Source: Macrostomum hystrix (taxonomy: Eukaryota; Animalia; Platyhelminthes). From it: DNA of 64,000 bases. Positions 22,786-36,065 of this stretch are shown one piece after another (the stretch's first letter is position 1; the number at the start of each line of letters is the position of its first letter). Both the position numbers and the translations under genes were made by a program. Location: assembly GCA_950097015.1 (NCBI GenBank), contig CATNEN010000007.1, positions 3,968,001 to 4,032,000 of the forward strand, written 5' to 3'. Under the pieces are notes generated by a model. The model worked only from the letters and a program-made list of their open reading frames with translations, was not told the DNA's origin and made no database searches.

Positions 22786-24621
22786 TCACGGCGACTCCAT
22801 CAGTTGCCAGCAGAGAGTTAGCGACAGCACCATGCCGATTATCTGAGACAATTTGGGGAAGGATGACAGAAATGTTACAGTGTGTTACTTCATTCAATTT
22901 TTGTGTTTTTATTCACCCTTCACTCTCTTCCCCAATGCCCCTCTTCCCCTCTGCCTCTCTTCCCCTCTGCCTCTCTTCCCCACTGACTCTCTTCCCCTCT
23001 GCCTCTCTTCCCCACTGACTCTCTTCCCCACTGCCTCTCTTCCCCACTGCCTCTCTTCCCCACTGCCTCTCTTCCCCACTGCCTCTCTTCCCCACTGCCT
23101 CTCTTCCCCACTGCCTCTCTTCCCCACTGCTTGTCTTCCCCACTGCCTCTCTTCCCCACTGCTTGTCTTCCCCACTGCCTCTCTTCCCCACTGCTTGTCT
23201 TCCCCACTGCCTCTCTTCCCCACTGCTTGTCTTCCCCACTCGTCTCTCACCATGACCAGCGCTATCGTCACACCGATGGCGGCAATTTTCGTCATCTGGC
23301 CGTCCAGCTGCTGCACGATGCTGAAGTAGCAGCCGGCCGCTTGGGCACTTCGCGGACCGCAGGAGGCCGGCGCCCCCGCTCTGGCCAGCGGCAGCTGCTG
23401 TTTCTGGTAGTCCAGGGCGCCCTCCAGGGAGCCGCAGCAGCGGAACTGCAAGTCGTTGACGGATTTTGAATGTGGGATTTAAGGGCCAGTGTGGGATAGA
23501 CAGAGTGATCGCGGCCTACTCACCCTGTTCTGGATGGAGTCCATGAAATCTCGGCTGGCAGCTTCGCTGTAGTAATTCCTGACAGCAGTGTCTAGCCTGG
23601 CGGCAATCGAGGCACGCATCTTCGCCTTGGAAGCGTCCGCCCAGATACCGCAGGCGACCAGCACGATGAAGACAAAGAACAGCACCAGGAAGAACTGCAG
23701 TGCGGAGTGGCTTGCTTGTTAGACAGCTGAACGGTAAAGCTAGCTTACGCATTAAACAACGCTATTTTCTTTCAACCTACTAGCAGTAGTACGCTCTATA
23801 ATTGGGTAAAAATACTTCGAAGCTCACGCAAAACAGCAGGCAGCGGCTCTCGCGCACAGCGCCTAAGCAGCCCACGATGCCCGTCAGCACCATCACCAGG
23901 CCGATGAAGATGAACAGGCCGGCGCCGACGTTGGCGCCCGGAACATGGTTCGAGACGGCAGCGCGGAAGTCGGCGTCAGTGTGCACCGCAATTCCAACAG
24001 CCAACACGACAATGCCTAGGATCTGCAGGCCGGGAGTGTTGTACATCTGGACTGTTGACACACATCTAAATACGTGTACTTGGGCACCTAGGTACCTAAA
24101 TCTAGACATTTTTATTACTGTATCTACCGATATCTAGCCACCTGTATCTAGATATCTAGCCACCTGTATCCAGACATCTAGCCACCTGCATCCAGACATC
24201 TAGCCACCTGTATCCAGACATCTAGCCATCTGTATCCAGACATCTAGCCACCTGTATCCAGACATCTAGCCACCTGTATCCAGACATCTAGCCACCTGTA
24301 TCCAGACATCTAGCCACCTGTATGCAGACATCTAGCCACCTGTATCTAGACATATAGCCACCTGTATCTAGACATCTAGCCACCTGTTTCCAAACATCTA
24401 GCCACCTATATCCAGACATCTAGCACCCTCACTGTCCCTCCCAGCACCCCACTATCCCTCCCAGCACCCCCACTGTCCCACCAATCAGCGCGGCTCACAA
24501 AGAACAGTCCAGTGAAGATGAAGAGCAGCAGGCGGGTTAGCGAGTAGCAGGGTCCCCTCTCCGATGACCTGGGATCCAGGTAGTGGGACTTGGCCCCTGG
24601 GCCGATGCCGCTCTCTGTCAT
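22786..24621 (-). CDS. Tetraspanin; exons 24621-24499, 24022-23828, 23694-23524, 23445-23251, 22842-22786 (246 aa)
   Basis: Four TM segments, GCLGAVRESRCLL after TM2, CCG motif in the large extracellular loop; all junctions GT/AG in phase 0. Confidence 0.9.
22920..23240. repeat. 16-bp minisatellite in tetraspanin intron 4
   Basis: Unit tccccactgcctctct. Confidence 0.9.
24120..24425. repeat. 22-bp minisatellite in tetraspanin intron 1
   Basis: Unit gccacctgtatccagacatcta. Confidence 0.9.
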
Positions 24622-25689
24622 GCCTGCGACCGTCCGGTTCCAGCAGCTGCGCAATCGACTGAGACAGGGATTCGGGTCGTCGTTGACTACCTCGACTCTG
24701 CGAGACAGTGGGGGGCGAGATTGAGATTGTTGATACACAGACAGTTTGATTGATTGATAGCTTGACAGATGGATACATGGACGTCACGATCAGAAGTGAG
24801 AATCTCTAGCCAATGGCCCAATAGCTCCCGGGTAGCCTAGATATATACTCGTACATATAGATAGATAGATAGATAGATTGATATATTGATAGGTTGATAG
24901 CCAGATGGAGCGAAGCGCACAAAAGGTAATTATCATGATTCCAGCAAGCGCAGGCACTTGACCCTTTTGGATTTAATGCTATGTTATTATAAAGGGTATT
25001 TTAAACGAGCCTTGAAGTCCTCCAAAGCCCAGCTCACAAGCTAATTGATCAGTTTAGCCTCACCTCAAAGTTCTTGCACTGCTAGCCATTGTGTGCGCTA
25101 CTCAAAAGGGAGCGGCCGGCTCAATGTCTCAAACTGTTCCGCAGTTTCTGTACTTGCCTCTGCTCAGGTCGAGTAAAGATTTTATAAGCCCTGTGTGAGG
25201 CTGGGGACGACCCGAAAAGGCGTCTTCCCTGTCCTACAGTGTATGCTCTGTTCTGTCTGCTAGTCCGAGGTTTTTCTGCCTTTCATTTCTTAGAGAGGCG
25301 CAATTGCGAATGGGGGAAAGGCCTCAAACTCTGCCGCTGCGTGGGCTGGAGGGTCGCCCGGTCCGCAATGAACCCAAGCGCTGTTATTGGCCTTTCTTCT
25401 CGTTTTTTTTCATTCTCTCTTCCTGAGGGAAAGCGGCAAGAATGTAAAACGCATTGCGGGGCTTGCGCAGTATTTTAGTGGAGCATGTTAAATTGCTGGC
25501 AGTTTGCAATGCAACAGCTTAGTGAGTACAATTTTGCAATCCGAGCACTTTTGTGTGCCTCAAGCTGCATGCAGTTGTGTACATCGCAGTACAAATCAAG
25601 GACTGGCAAGCTTCCTGTTGTCTCAACCGACTGGTTGAACCTGGGTCGTAAACTGATAGACCCGACTCTGAACTGGACACATCTTCTAA

Positions 25690-28560
25690 CTGTTAGACAC
25701 AGCTCTCATCTGTTAGACTCAGCTCTCATCTGTTAGAAACAGCTCTCATCTGTTAGACTCAGCTCTCATCTGTTAGAAACAGCTCTCATCTGTTAGATAC
25801 AGCTCTCATCTGTTAGACACAGCTCTCATCTGTTAGACACAACTCTGAACTGTTAGACACAGCTCTCATCTGTTAGACACAGCTCTCATCTGTTAGACAC
25901 AGCTCTCATCTGTTAGACACAGCTCTCATCTGTTAGACACAGCTTTCATCTGTTAGACACAGCTTTCATCTGTTAGACACAGCTCTCATCTGTTAGACAC
26001 AGCTCTCATATGTTAGACACAGCTCTCATCTGTTAGACACAGCTCTCATCTGTTAGACACAGCTCTCATATGTTAGACACAGCTCTCATCTGTTAGACAC
26101 AGCTTTCATCTGTTAGACACAGCTTTCATCTGTTAGACACAGCTCTCATCTGTTAGACACAGCTCTCATATGTTAGACACAGCTTTCATCTGTTAGACAC
26201 AGCTCTCATCTGTTAGACACAGCTCTCATATGTTAGACACAGCTCTCATCTGTTAGACACAGCTCTCATCTGTTAGACACAGCTCTCATCTGTTAGACAC
26301 AGCTCTCATCTGTTAGACACAGCTCTCATCTGTTAGACACAGCTTTCATCTGTTAGACACAGCTTTCATCTGTTAGACACAGCTCCCATCTGTTAGACAC
26401 AGCTCTCATCTGTTAGATACAGCTCTCATCTATTAGATACAGCTCTCATCTGTTAGACACAGCTCTCATCTATTAGATACAGCTCTCATCTGTTAGACAC
26501 AGCTCTCATCTGTTAGACACAGCTCTCATCTGTTAGATACAGCTCTCATCTGTAAGACACAGCTCTCATCTGTTAGACACAGCTCTCATCTGTTAGACAC
26601 AGCTCTCATCTGTTAGAAACAGCTCTCATCTGTTAGACACAGCTCTCATCTGTTAGAAACAGCTCTCATCTGTTAGACACAGCTCTCATCTGTTAGACAC
26701 AGCTCTCATCTGTTAGACACAGCTCTCATCTGTTAGACACAGCTCTCATCTGTTAGACACAGCTCTCATCCGTTAGACACAGCTCTCATCTGTTAGACGC
26801 AGCTCTCATCTATTAGACACAGCTCTCATCTGTTAGACACAGCTCTCATCTGTTAGACACAGCTCTCATCTGTTAGACACAGCTCTCATCTGTTAGACAC
26901 AGCTCTCATCTGTTAGACACAGCTCTCATCTGTTAGACACAGCTCTCATCTATTAGATACAGCTCTCATCTGTTAGACACAGCTCCCATCTGTTAGACAC
27001 AGCTCTCATCTGTTAGACACAGCTCTCATCTGTTAGATACAGCTCCCATCTGTTAGACACAGCTTTCATCTGTTAGATACAGCTTTCATCTGTTAGACAC
27101 AGCTCTCATCTGTTAGACACAGCTCTCATCTGTTTGACACAGCTCTCATCTGTTAGATACAGCTCTCATCTGTTAGACACAGCTCTCATCTGTTAGACAC
27201 AGCTCTCATCTGTTAGACACAGCTCTCATCTGTTAGACACAGCTCTCATCTGTTAGACACAGCTCTCATCTGTTAGACACAGCTCCCATCTGTTAGATAC
27301 AGCTCTCATCTGTTAGACACAGCTCCCATCTGTTAGACACAGCTCTCATCTGTTAGACACAGCTCCCATCTGTTAGACACAGCTCTCATCTGTTAGATAC
27401 AGCTCTCATCTATTAGATACAGCTCTCATCTGTTAGACACAGCTCTCATCTATTAGATACAGCTCTCATCTGTTAGACACAGCTCTCATCTGTTAGACAC
27501 AGCTCTCATCTGTTAGATACAGCTCTCATCTGTTAGACACAGCTCTCATCTGTTAGACTCAGCTCTCATCTGTTAGACACAGCTCTCATCTGTAAGACAC
27601 AGCTCTCATCTGTTAGACACAGCTCTCATCTGTTAGACACAGCTCTCATCTGTTAGACACAGCTCTCATCTGTTAGACACAGCTCTCATCTGTTAGACAC
27701 AGCTCTCATCTGTTAGACACAGCTCTCATCTGTTAGACACAGCTCTCATCTGTTAGATACAGCTCCCATCTGTTAGACACAGCTCTCATCTGTTAGATAC
27801 AGCTCTCATCTGTTAGATACAGCTCTCATCTGTTAGACACAGCTCTCATCTGTTTGACACAGCTCTCATCTGTTAGATACAGCTCTCATCTGTTAGACAC
27901 AGCTCTCATCTGTTAGACACAGCTCTCATCTGTTAGACACAGCTCTCATCTGTTAGACACAGCTCTCATCTGTTAGACACAGCTCTCATCTGTTAGACAC
28001 AGCTCTCATCTATTAGATACAGCTCTCATCTGTTAGACACAGCTCCCATCTGTTAGACACAGCTCTCATCTGTTAGACACAGCTCCCATCTGTTAGACAC
28101 AGCTCTCATCTGTTAGATACAGCTCTCATCTATTAGATACAGCTCTCATCTGTTAGACACAGCTCTCATCTATTAGATACAGCTCTCATCTGTTAGACTC
28201 AGCTCTCATCTGTTAGACACAGCTCTCATCTGTTAGACACAGCTATCATCTGTTAGACACAGCTCTCATCTATAAGACACAGCTCTCATCTGTTAGACAC
28301 AGCTCTCATCTGTTAGACACAGCTCTCATCTGTTAGACACAGCTCTCATCCGTTAGACACAGCTCTCATCTGTTAGACGCAGCTCTCATCTATTAGACAC
28401 AGCTCTCATCTGTTAGACACAGCTCTCATCTGTTAGACTCAGCTCTCATCTGTTAGACACAGCTCTCATCTGTTAGACACAGCTATCATCTGTTAGACAC
28501 AGCTCTCATCTATAAGACACAGCTCTCATCTGTTAGACACAGCTCTCATCTGTAAGACAC
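25690..28560. repeat. 20-bp satellite array (~2.9 kb)
   Basis: Unit agctctcatctgttagacac, homogeneous with degenerate edges. Confidence 0.97.
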
Positions 28561-29199
28561 AGATATAAAGTGTCCGACACAGCACGCAAGTGCTAGATAC
28601 AGATCTAAACTGTTAAACACGAGTCTGAACTGTTAGACATAAGAAATACAGTTTTCAAAAGCTTACCTGACCAGTAGAAGCCCTGCAGTAAGAATAAACA
28701 GTCGAGCCCAGTAGGGAGGGGAATATCTTGTCTAAAAAACAGGTCGCAGGATTCTGGGAGGCAGTTTAGAGAGGCCCGGCTACGCGAACAGGAATGCGGT
28801 GCGGCCCTTGGACGGGGCGGAACCTTTCAGGGTCGGCCTACAAGGCAGGCGCGCAGGCGGGCGGGAAAGATTTGTGGGGGATGGGTGCTGGCCGCCAAGT
28901 GCAATTGTACAGCCTGTGATTCGGGTGCGCATGCAGGCGTACACTCAGGAGGAAGGAATGGACCAACGGCTGCGGGAATTCTAGTTATAAAGGATTGATC
29001 CAGTTTTCACTAACTCTCAACCCCAGCAAATGCGCTTGTCATCGGGCAGCTCGAACCAAGCCTGCAGTCCGATTTGGTCAGAAATGGCGAATTTGCGCAA
29101 CATACTACTGTTCTGTTTGAATACAATTTTCAATGTAAAATGAGATATGGGTGCCAAATACACATTTATTTGCCTAGAGACTTGAGCTCCCACCTGCTA

Positions 29200-29830
29200 G
29201 ATACGATTCCACTCTACTAGACTCGTCACTCACCTGTTAGACACGGCTCCCATCTGTAAGACTCGTCACTCACCTGTTAGACACGGCTCCCATCTGTAAG
29301 ACTCGTCACTCACCTGTTAGACACGGATCCCATCTGTAAGACACGTCTCTCACCTGTTAGACACGGCTCCCATCTGTAAGAAACGTCTCTCACCTGTTAG
29401 ACGTACGGTTCCCATCTGTAAGACACATCTCTCACCTGTTAGACGTACGGTTCCCATCTGTAAGACACGTCTCTCACCTGTTAGACACGGCTCCCATCTG
29501 TAAGAAACGTCTCTCACCTGTTAGACGTACGGTTCCCATCTGTAAGACACATCTCTCACCTGTTAGACGTACGGTTCCCATCTGTAAGACATCTCTCACC
29601 TGTTAGACGTACGGTTCCCATCTGTAAGACACATCTCTCACCTGTTAGACGTACGGTTCCCATCTGTAAGACACATCTCTCACCTGTTAGACACGGCTCC
29701 CGTCTGTAAGCCACGTCTCTCACCTGTTAGACGTACGGTTCCCATCTGTAAGACACATCTCTCACCTGTTAGACACGGCTCCCGTCTGTAAACCACGTCT
29801 CTCACCTGTTAGACGTACGGTTCCCACGGA
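29200..29830. repeat. 40-42-bp dimeric minisatellite related to the 20-bp satellite
   Basis: Alternating ctcacctgttagacacggct and cccatctgtaagacacgtct monomers. Confidence 0.9.
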
Positions 29831-30161
29831 TACATCATATGACAAGATGTTCCGCAAATTACAGCTCATGATGATAGTCACACTCTACTAAAGTTACTCT
29901 CACACATGGTTGACAAGCGGTGCTGACTTAAGTATAACACAAGGCGCATGTGGCAACCAAAAGAAACTATTTTCTAAAACGCATCAAAGTATCAATTTGG
30001 TTGCATGAGCAGTGATCAAAATCGAAGATTAGGCAGTTAGGCGTCAGGCACTCTCACTCAGGGTGATACCGACAAATTGTTTTGTTTGCAAAACTTTGTC
30101 AAAGTATTAAATTCCTGCTGTCACTCTGTCTAGTCAGTTTGTGGGAGCTTATATAATGTCG

Positions 30162-30400
30162 GGGGTTCGATTCCCAATTCCACTGGAACAATGTAGGAAC
30201 AATTTAAACCCTACATTGCTTCCGTTCACCCAGCTTTTAATTGGGTACCAGCATCAGCTGGGGTAATTAAGGGTGGGTGTCGCGTCCTAACGAGTCCATG
30301 GACCTAACACCAGTACACAGTCTGCGCCGCACAATACTCGTAGCTGCGACTGTGCTGTCGCCTGTCAGCTGCACATCCGGCACAATCAGGGCATGTGATT
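30162..30400 (+). mobile_element. 5'-truncated tRNA-derived SINE remnant
   Basis: B-box-like ggttcgattccc followed by ccgttcacccagc...tgggtacc, a core typical of metazoan SINEs; no A box; begins at the inner edge of the left TIR. Confidence 0.5.
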
Positions 30401-30720
30401 GTTAGTTATTATTAGATAACCCAATTCTCCATTCCATTTCTTGGAATTTCATGAAAGATTACACTGATTATGGAGGCCCGAAGAACGAGTTCAAATCGTA
30501 AAGTAAAAGCAAAACAATTCAGCAATTTACGTAATGATTTTTTCTTCCACTGAGACCCGAAAAAAACTTATCAGGTCGTAGACCGTCGAGCTGCGGCATT
30601 CCGCTTTATTTTGCTTTGCATGTAATCCAGTTCAGGTCGCACAAACTAAGCAGCTACATTCGATTTTTAACAGTATTATGTTCAGCCAGTCTTATTTGCC
30701 GCTCTACATGCCAGACTTAA

Positions 30721-31176
30721 CTACGCAACCAGTGTGGAAGCCGTGGAGGACTCATACTTCCAGTTGCTAGGCAGGGTGCCCCGGGTCTTGTAGTACCTAG
30801 CGAGCCGGTGGATGCGGCTCTCAACTAGAATCAAGCGAAACTTGGAATCCTTGTCCTTGCGATTGCGCTCCAGGTGCTTGCGAATGGCCACGGCCTTCTT
30901 GATCAGGTAGTACAGATCTTCGGGCAGGCTGGCAGCGAGTCCCTTGGCCTTGAGGATGCGAAGGATCTTGTTTCCGGCCACCCAGCGGGCCTGGGCCACG
31001 CCGTGCGAGTCGCGCAGAATGACACCGATCTGGGACGGGGTCAGGCCCTTCTTGGCCAGTTTGCAGATCTGATCGATGACGTCATCGGCGCTGAGCTTCA
31101 GCCAGAGAGGCACAGAGCGACGATAGGGCAGAGCCGATTGGCTAAGACCCTTGCCTGGCGTATGCATGCGACCCAT
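30721..31176 (-). CDS. RPS13: 40S ribosomal protein S13 (uS15), intronless CDS
   Basis: [21 protein letters not shown]...[19 protein letters not shown]...WKYESSTAS; full length, 151 aa, no stops; upstream acceptor cttgcAG at 31209. Confidence 0.97.
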   Translation of the reverse strand: MGRMHTPGKGLSQSALPYRRSVPLWLKLSADDVIDQICKLAKKGLTPSQIGVILRDSHGVAQARWVAGNKILRILKAKGLAASLPEDLYYLIKKAVAIRKHLERNRKDKDSKFRLILVESRIHRLARYYKTRGTLPSNWKYESSTASTLVA

Positions 31177-32166
31177 GGTTGAGGCTGGCTGACTGTGCTA
31201 GGCTAGCACTGCAAGTGTGAAGTTCACAGGACTGTGTTAAAACTTAAGAGACTGGCACTTTTAAATTAAATCAGCTTATTTGAGATGCTAAATTATTTTA
31301 ACACAAAATTACATGAGAAACATACTACACCAACTATATAAGAAATTAGTATATGGGTCTAGCTACTTGACTACTATAACTACCAAGCAAGTAAATGCAA
31401 AAATGTCTCAATTATAATGAGGGGGAAAGTGGCAAAACCTATAGCCTATACTACTAAACAAAACCATTTAAAAATTAATTTTCTTGTATAAGAAACTGAA
31501 TGGGCTTGATAAAGAGGTACTAATTTGATTATTTAGCAAGACTGTGCCTCAAAAGTGAACAAAAAGCTGGTGTCCTGCATCAATAAATAAGGCATGGTGT
31601 ATCATATCAAGTGTATCATGTACTCTTTTAATGATTTAAAGGGCTTGGTGTGGGTTTGGTATAACTTAAAAATGATCAAGGTCATAGAATGTAAGTATTT
31701 AGGAACCAAAGTTATAATTAAGCTAATTATAAGAAGGGTTGGCTTAAAAAGTACTGGGCCTCCTTTACAAATATTCCAACTTAATTATTGCTAAGATGAT
31801 GGACAACCCAGCTTGGAATCATGTTAGGATAGCTACAAAGGCAAAGATGAACTGTGAAGTAATGCTTAATTTCCTATACAATGCTTCCAAAGACAATAGC
31901 AACTAAAACCTACACAACCAACATCAAGGCTCAGTTTGTAGCCTAAAAGAGCCAGCAAATAAAAAACTTCTAAGCTAAGCCATTTCTAGTATAAGTAAAG
32001 TTTACAAAAGTACTCAAGAAAAAATGTACACCACCCTATTGGAAAAAATGGCTTTTTGTAGAAATGTCAGTCATATTGTTTGGATTATGGTTATTTTGGT
32101 GACATTTAGTTTATAATTGTCAATTAGTGACAAACTATTTTTTATCTTAAATCTTAAAAAGAGTGG

Positions 32167-32523
32167 CTTGCACTGCGCCATGTCTTCCCCACTGCAAAGT
32201 TGCATAGATACAATTTCCACTAGACGCAAGCAGTGTGGAGGAAACTGCAAGCACTGGGCCTGCAAGAGGCATACCAGACAGATGATGGCATGAGATGATT
32301 TTGGCAGAAGGTACTGGCCTTGCCATTTCTTTAAGCATAAGATATGGAGTCAGCTCTAGACAACCTACAGCAGTCAACAGATGCCTAACAACTAGCTGAC
32401 TTGTGTCAGTATATTTGATATATTGTATTGCTGCAGAATACTGTCTAGACCCCTTCTGAGCATTAAGTCCACAGACGAGGCATCTGGACCAACAACAACA
32501 TTGAAGGTTACAATTCTTGCTTA
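32167..32523 (+). pseudogene. Decayed Mutator (MULE) transposase fragment
   Basis: One frame with several stops reads LALRHVFPTAK...FH*TQAVWRKLQALGLQEAY...KVLALPFL...WTNNNIEGYNS, matching the MULE FH..Q..WRK..LGL / LALPFL / RTNN..EG pattern. Confidence 0.7.
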
Positions 32524-35426
32524 CAACACCAATCACATTCTGGTACCATTCTGAAAATAAAAATAATTAAATGTGCAAAACTGCAAGATTGCCAAAATGA
32601 AATCCCTTGACCATTGTTTTTTTAATGTAGTTGGAACTTGCAAGCCTGAAACAAACAAAAAATTGTTTGAGAAAAGGTTATTGACTAAAAACATTTAACA
32701 ATTATGTGTACCAATTTAAAGAGAATGACGCACAAATTAGGCCAACATGTCAAATGTGACAGGGGCCCAAGAATCAGTTACCTCAGCCTACCTGAGCTAT
32801 AATTTTTTTTAGTACTGCTTCCTTAGCAAAGCTCAGCAATGCTTTGTTTTTTTATAATTATAAGCATAGTAATTTAACTTCTTTTAAATATTTTTACCCC
32901 TGACATTATATAAGCTCCCACAAACTGACTAGACAGAGTGACAGCAATTCCATTACTGTACATTAAAAATATATTTACACTTTTACTTAACTGATCTTTG
33001 CTTCCATAGTCCCCTACTGCTACTGAATGCACAATAGTTTTTAGCTCAAATTATTTTCTTTGAATGTTGTTTTTTTTAGAAAAGAAATGAATATTATTAG
33101 CACCTGTTGTATCATGTGAATAAAAATAACAATTATTATATTATAGTCCTATTTAAACGAAACGATGTACACATTTGTTTTATTTACATGTTACTAATAA
33201 AACTTATTTGTAAAAAAGTGGATTACTCTGGCAGCATTTTAGGCAATATGTCATTTATTAAGTCATTGTGATGTAGCTACGGCTAAAATACCAGTAAATA
33301 AACAAGATTCTCATGCACATCAGCTATCCACTAGACCTCTAGCTGCCTGTCACTGTCACTGTATATATTTGCTTCACTGTACCAGCTATACCAGCGAAAC
33401 TGTAGTATATATAGATTGCTATTTTAATTGCAAACTCGAAGTGATTTAAAAGGCAAATCTGATACGTAGTAAAATTAAAAAATAAAAAGTGATTATTTAA
33501 ATTTGCACTTTTTTATATTCACGAAACGTTAAACGTATTATCAACAAGCTGATGACGAATTGCAGGTTTTACTTTCTTTAAATGCTTTATGTAGAAATGT
33601 TCTGGGCACCAAACGAAAATAATCAAGTTTAAATCAAAACTTCGTCACGACTTTATCGATGTTTCTTAGAACTCGTTTACTGACGTGTGACTTGACAGTT
33701 AGCGTTCTTTATGTTACAAATATCATATTGTAGTTGATTTTTGCGATTGATGTGACTTTTTTAAAAATAATCCTCTGTATCAGTTTAGAGGACAAGCCCT
33801 GATTAGTTGGATGAAATGTACTACCTAAGCTAATGTACTGCCTGCGGGAAATGTAATACGAATGATAATTTATTTTCAGTAATTTGGTCTCTTGAATTTG
33901 ATTGTTTTCGACGCTACATGTTTAAAGACCAAGCAAATTAAGTATATATTAGGGTACATCCATAGGGTACAGGAACGGTATATTCTTTGCTTTACTTAGC
34001 TATTGTGATTGCAATTGTGTGCAAGCTAGGGCGATATATAGCACATTGTGTGGACCTGTAGTATGTTCAAAGTAAATTAACTATAGTATAAGCTACTACA
34101 TTTATGCATTTAACATTCTAGTACCTCAAAAAAGACAAATTTAACTGTGTATATTTAGCTTATAAAGCAGTGAACACTACTGTCATGAATGTGTGGATCA
34201 TGTAGTAATGTTTATGTAAGAAACATTTTTTAATTCTAAAGTCTCTAAAATTAGCAAATCAGTTTTTATACTTTTTTTTCTAGTAGAAATCGTTTCTTTT
34301 ACATTTTAAGGTACAAGTTTATATAGGCTAAGCTAATCTAGTTAAGAGTGCTAGAAAATGTAGTGCTATTAAGTAAAATGTATATATATGCAAGTTTTTA
34401 TGTGATATAATCTCATAGTTTTTTAAACAATTACAAAATTATTTTTTATGTTAGCATGTTTGTTGCAAACAATGAAATAATGTTCACCTAATAGTTGTAA
34501 TTTTTATTAAAACTTTATATGTAATAGTTTGCTATCTTGAACAATTGTTATCCTTAGTTTCATTAAATATTTTGTATTTTTTATTTTTTATTACCTTATC
34601 TTAGAGAAAGTAATAATAGTTGGTTTTTCATGGTTTATAAAATATTTTATATTGGATATATTTTAATATCTTGGCTTTTTTCATAAGTCATTTTGAAAAT
34701 TTTAGTTTAAAATCTAAATATATGTATTTAAGCATAGCAATTTTAACATATATTTAATGCTAATTTTAAATCTTTATGTCACCAACTTTTTATTAGTTTC
34801 TTTGCAACTTTTTGATATATTGATATATCTTTTTTATTTAGCCTAGCCTGAAGAAAGTAGGCAGCAACTATATTAGCTTTGTTGGCCATCTTTCACACAA
34901 TACAACTTTCTAATCTTGACAACAAATAATGAATGTGTTATGTTATATATGTTCAAATGTTTATGCTTTAAGTGGTTTAAATCTTAGGGAATCTAATTTT
35001 TATGTAAAAGTGATCACAATCTATTGAAAGCTGTTCCTACATGTCAGAATTTTAGCACAGCTTTTTAACTAATTCTACAGAACAGGTTGAGCATTCAATA
35101 GCAAATGGGTTCTTTATGGTGTAGCTTCAGGCTGTTTCAAGCAGCAGAGCTGAGAACCAGAGAAAAAATTACCTGGTATTTTTCATGCCAGTCAGTAATT
35201 GGCCCTTCTTGAGGCACCTGAAGTTGTCACATTCAGAGATAAAGCACAATCAGATTTAACATATTCACAATCAGGTTCATTTTGTGTTTTATTATTTAGA
35301 ATGCTCCCAACATACAAACATCTGAATTACTATAAGTAAAGTACTGTGTAACTGCTGCAACAAAAATTATCCACAGTTTGCTCCACTCCAGCCAACAGGC
35401 ACCGCAGTCTCAAGCCAAGCTCAAAG

Positions 35427-36065
35427 ATGAACATTTTTCGACTAATTGGTGACATGTCCCACCTGGGCGCCATTATCCTGCTGCTCCTCAAGATGTGGAA
35501 GAGCCGCTCCGTGTCCGGCATTTCTGGCAAATCCCAGCTCTGCTTCTGTCTGGTGTTTATCACTCGCTACCTGGACCTGTTCACCACATTTGTCAGCCTT
35601 TACAACACCCTCATGAAGGTGTTTTTCATCGGTTCCAGCGTTGCCACTCTCTACCTGATGTACTTTAAGTTCAAGGCCACCTACGATTCAAATCACGACT
35701 CCTTCCGACTGGAGTTCACTGTGATTCCGTGCGCCCTGCTAGCCCTGATTGTGAATCACGAATTCTCCCTGCTAGAAATCCTGTGGACCTTCAGCATCTA
35801 CCTGGAGTCTGTGGCCATCCTGCCCCAGCTGTTCCTCATCACCAAGACTGGCGAAGCGGAGACCATCACCTCGCACTATCTGTTTGCCCTGGGCGCCTAC
35901 CGTGGACTCTACATTCTGAACTGGATCTACCGCTACTATGCCGAGAACTTCTTTGACCTGATTGCCATTGTCGCCGGCTGCGTTCAGACCTGTCTGTACG
36001 GCGATTTCTTCTACCTGTACGTTACTAAAGTGCTCAAAGGCCGCAGCATCAGCCTCCCAGCCTGA
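35427..36065 (+). CDS. KDELR: KDEL receptor / ERD2, intronless CDS
   Basis: MNIFRL.GD.SHL...GISGKSQ...RYLDLF...[13 protein letters not shown]...HYLFALG.YR.LY..NW; 212 aa. Confidence 0.97.
   Translation: MNIFRLIGDMSHLGAIILLLLKMWKSRSVSGISGKSQLCFCLVFITRYLDLFTTFVSLYNTLMKVFFIGSSVATLYLMYFKFKATYDSNHDSFRLEFTVIPCALLALIVNHEFSLLEILWTFSIYLESVAILPQLFLITKTGEAETITSHYLFALGAYRGLYILNWIYRYYAENFFDLIAIVAGCVQTCLYGDFFYLYVTKVLKGRSISLPA

Larger units (their letters stand above)
30116..32946. mobile_element. Non-autonomous TIR element (2831 bp) carrying RPS13: 51-bp TIRs, TG...CA ends, 5-bp TSD ATTCC
   Basis: 30116-30166 tgctgtcactctgtctagtcagtttgtgggagcttatataatgtcgggggt matches the reverse complement of 32896-32946 at 50 of 51 positions; ATTCC at 30111-30115 and 32947-32951. 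Confidence 0.75.

Noticed and set aside
32167-32523. MULE relic as the transposase of the RPS13-carrying TIR element
   Set aside because: It is heavily decayed while the TIRs are nearly identical, and a 5-bp TSD with TG...CA ends does not fit MULE; treated as cargo.
30721-36065. Intronless RPS13 and KDELR CDSs as processed pseudogenes
   Set aside because: Both ORFs are full length without stops, no poly(A) tract is visible, and each has a splice acceptor upstream of the ATG.
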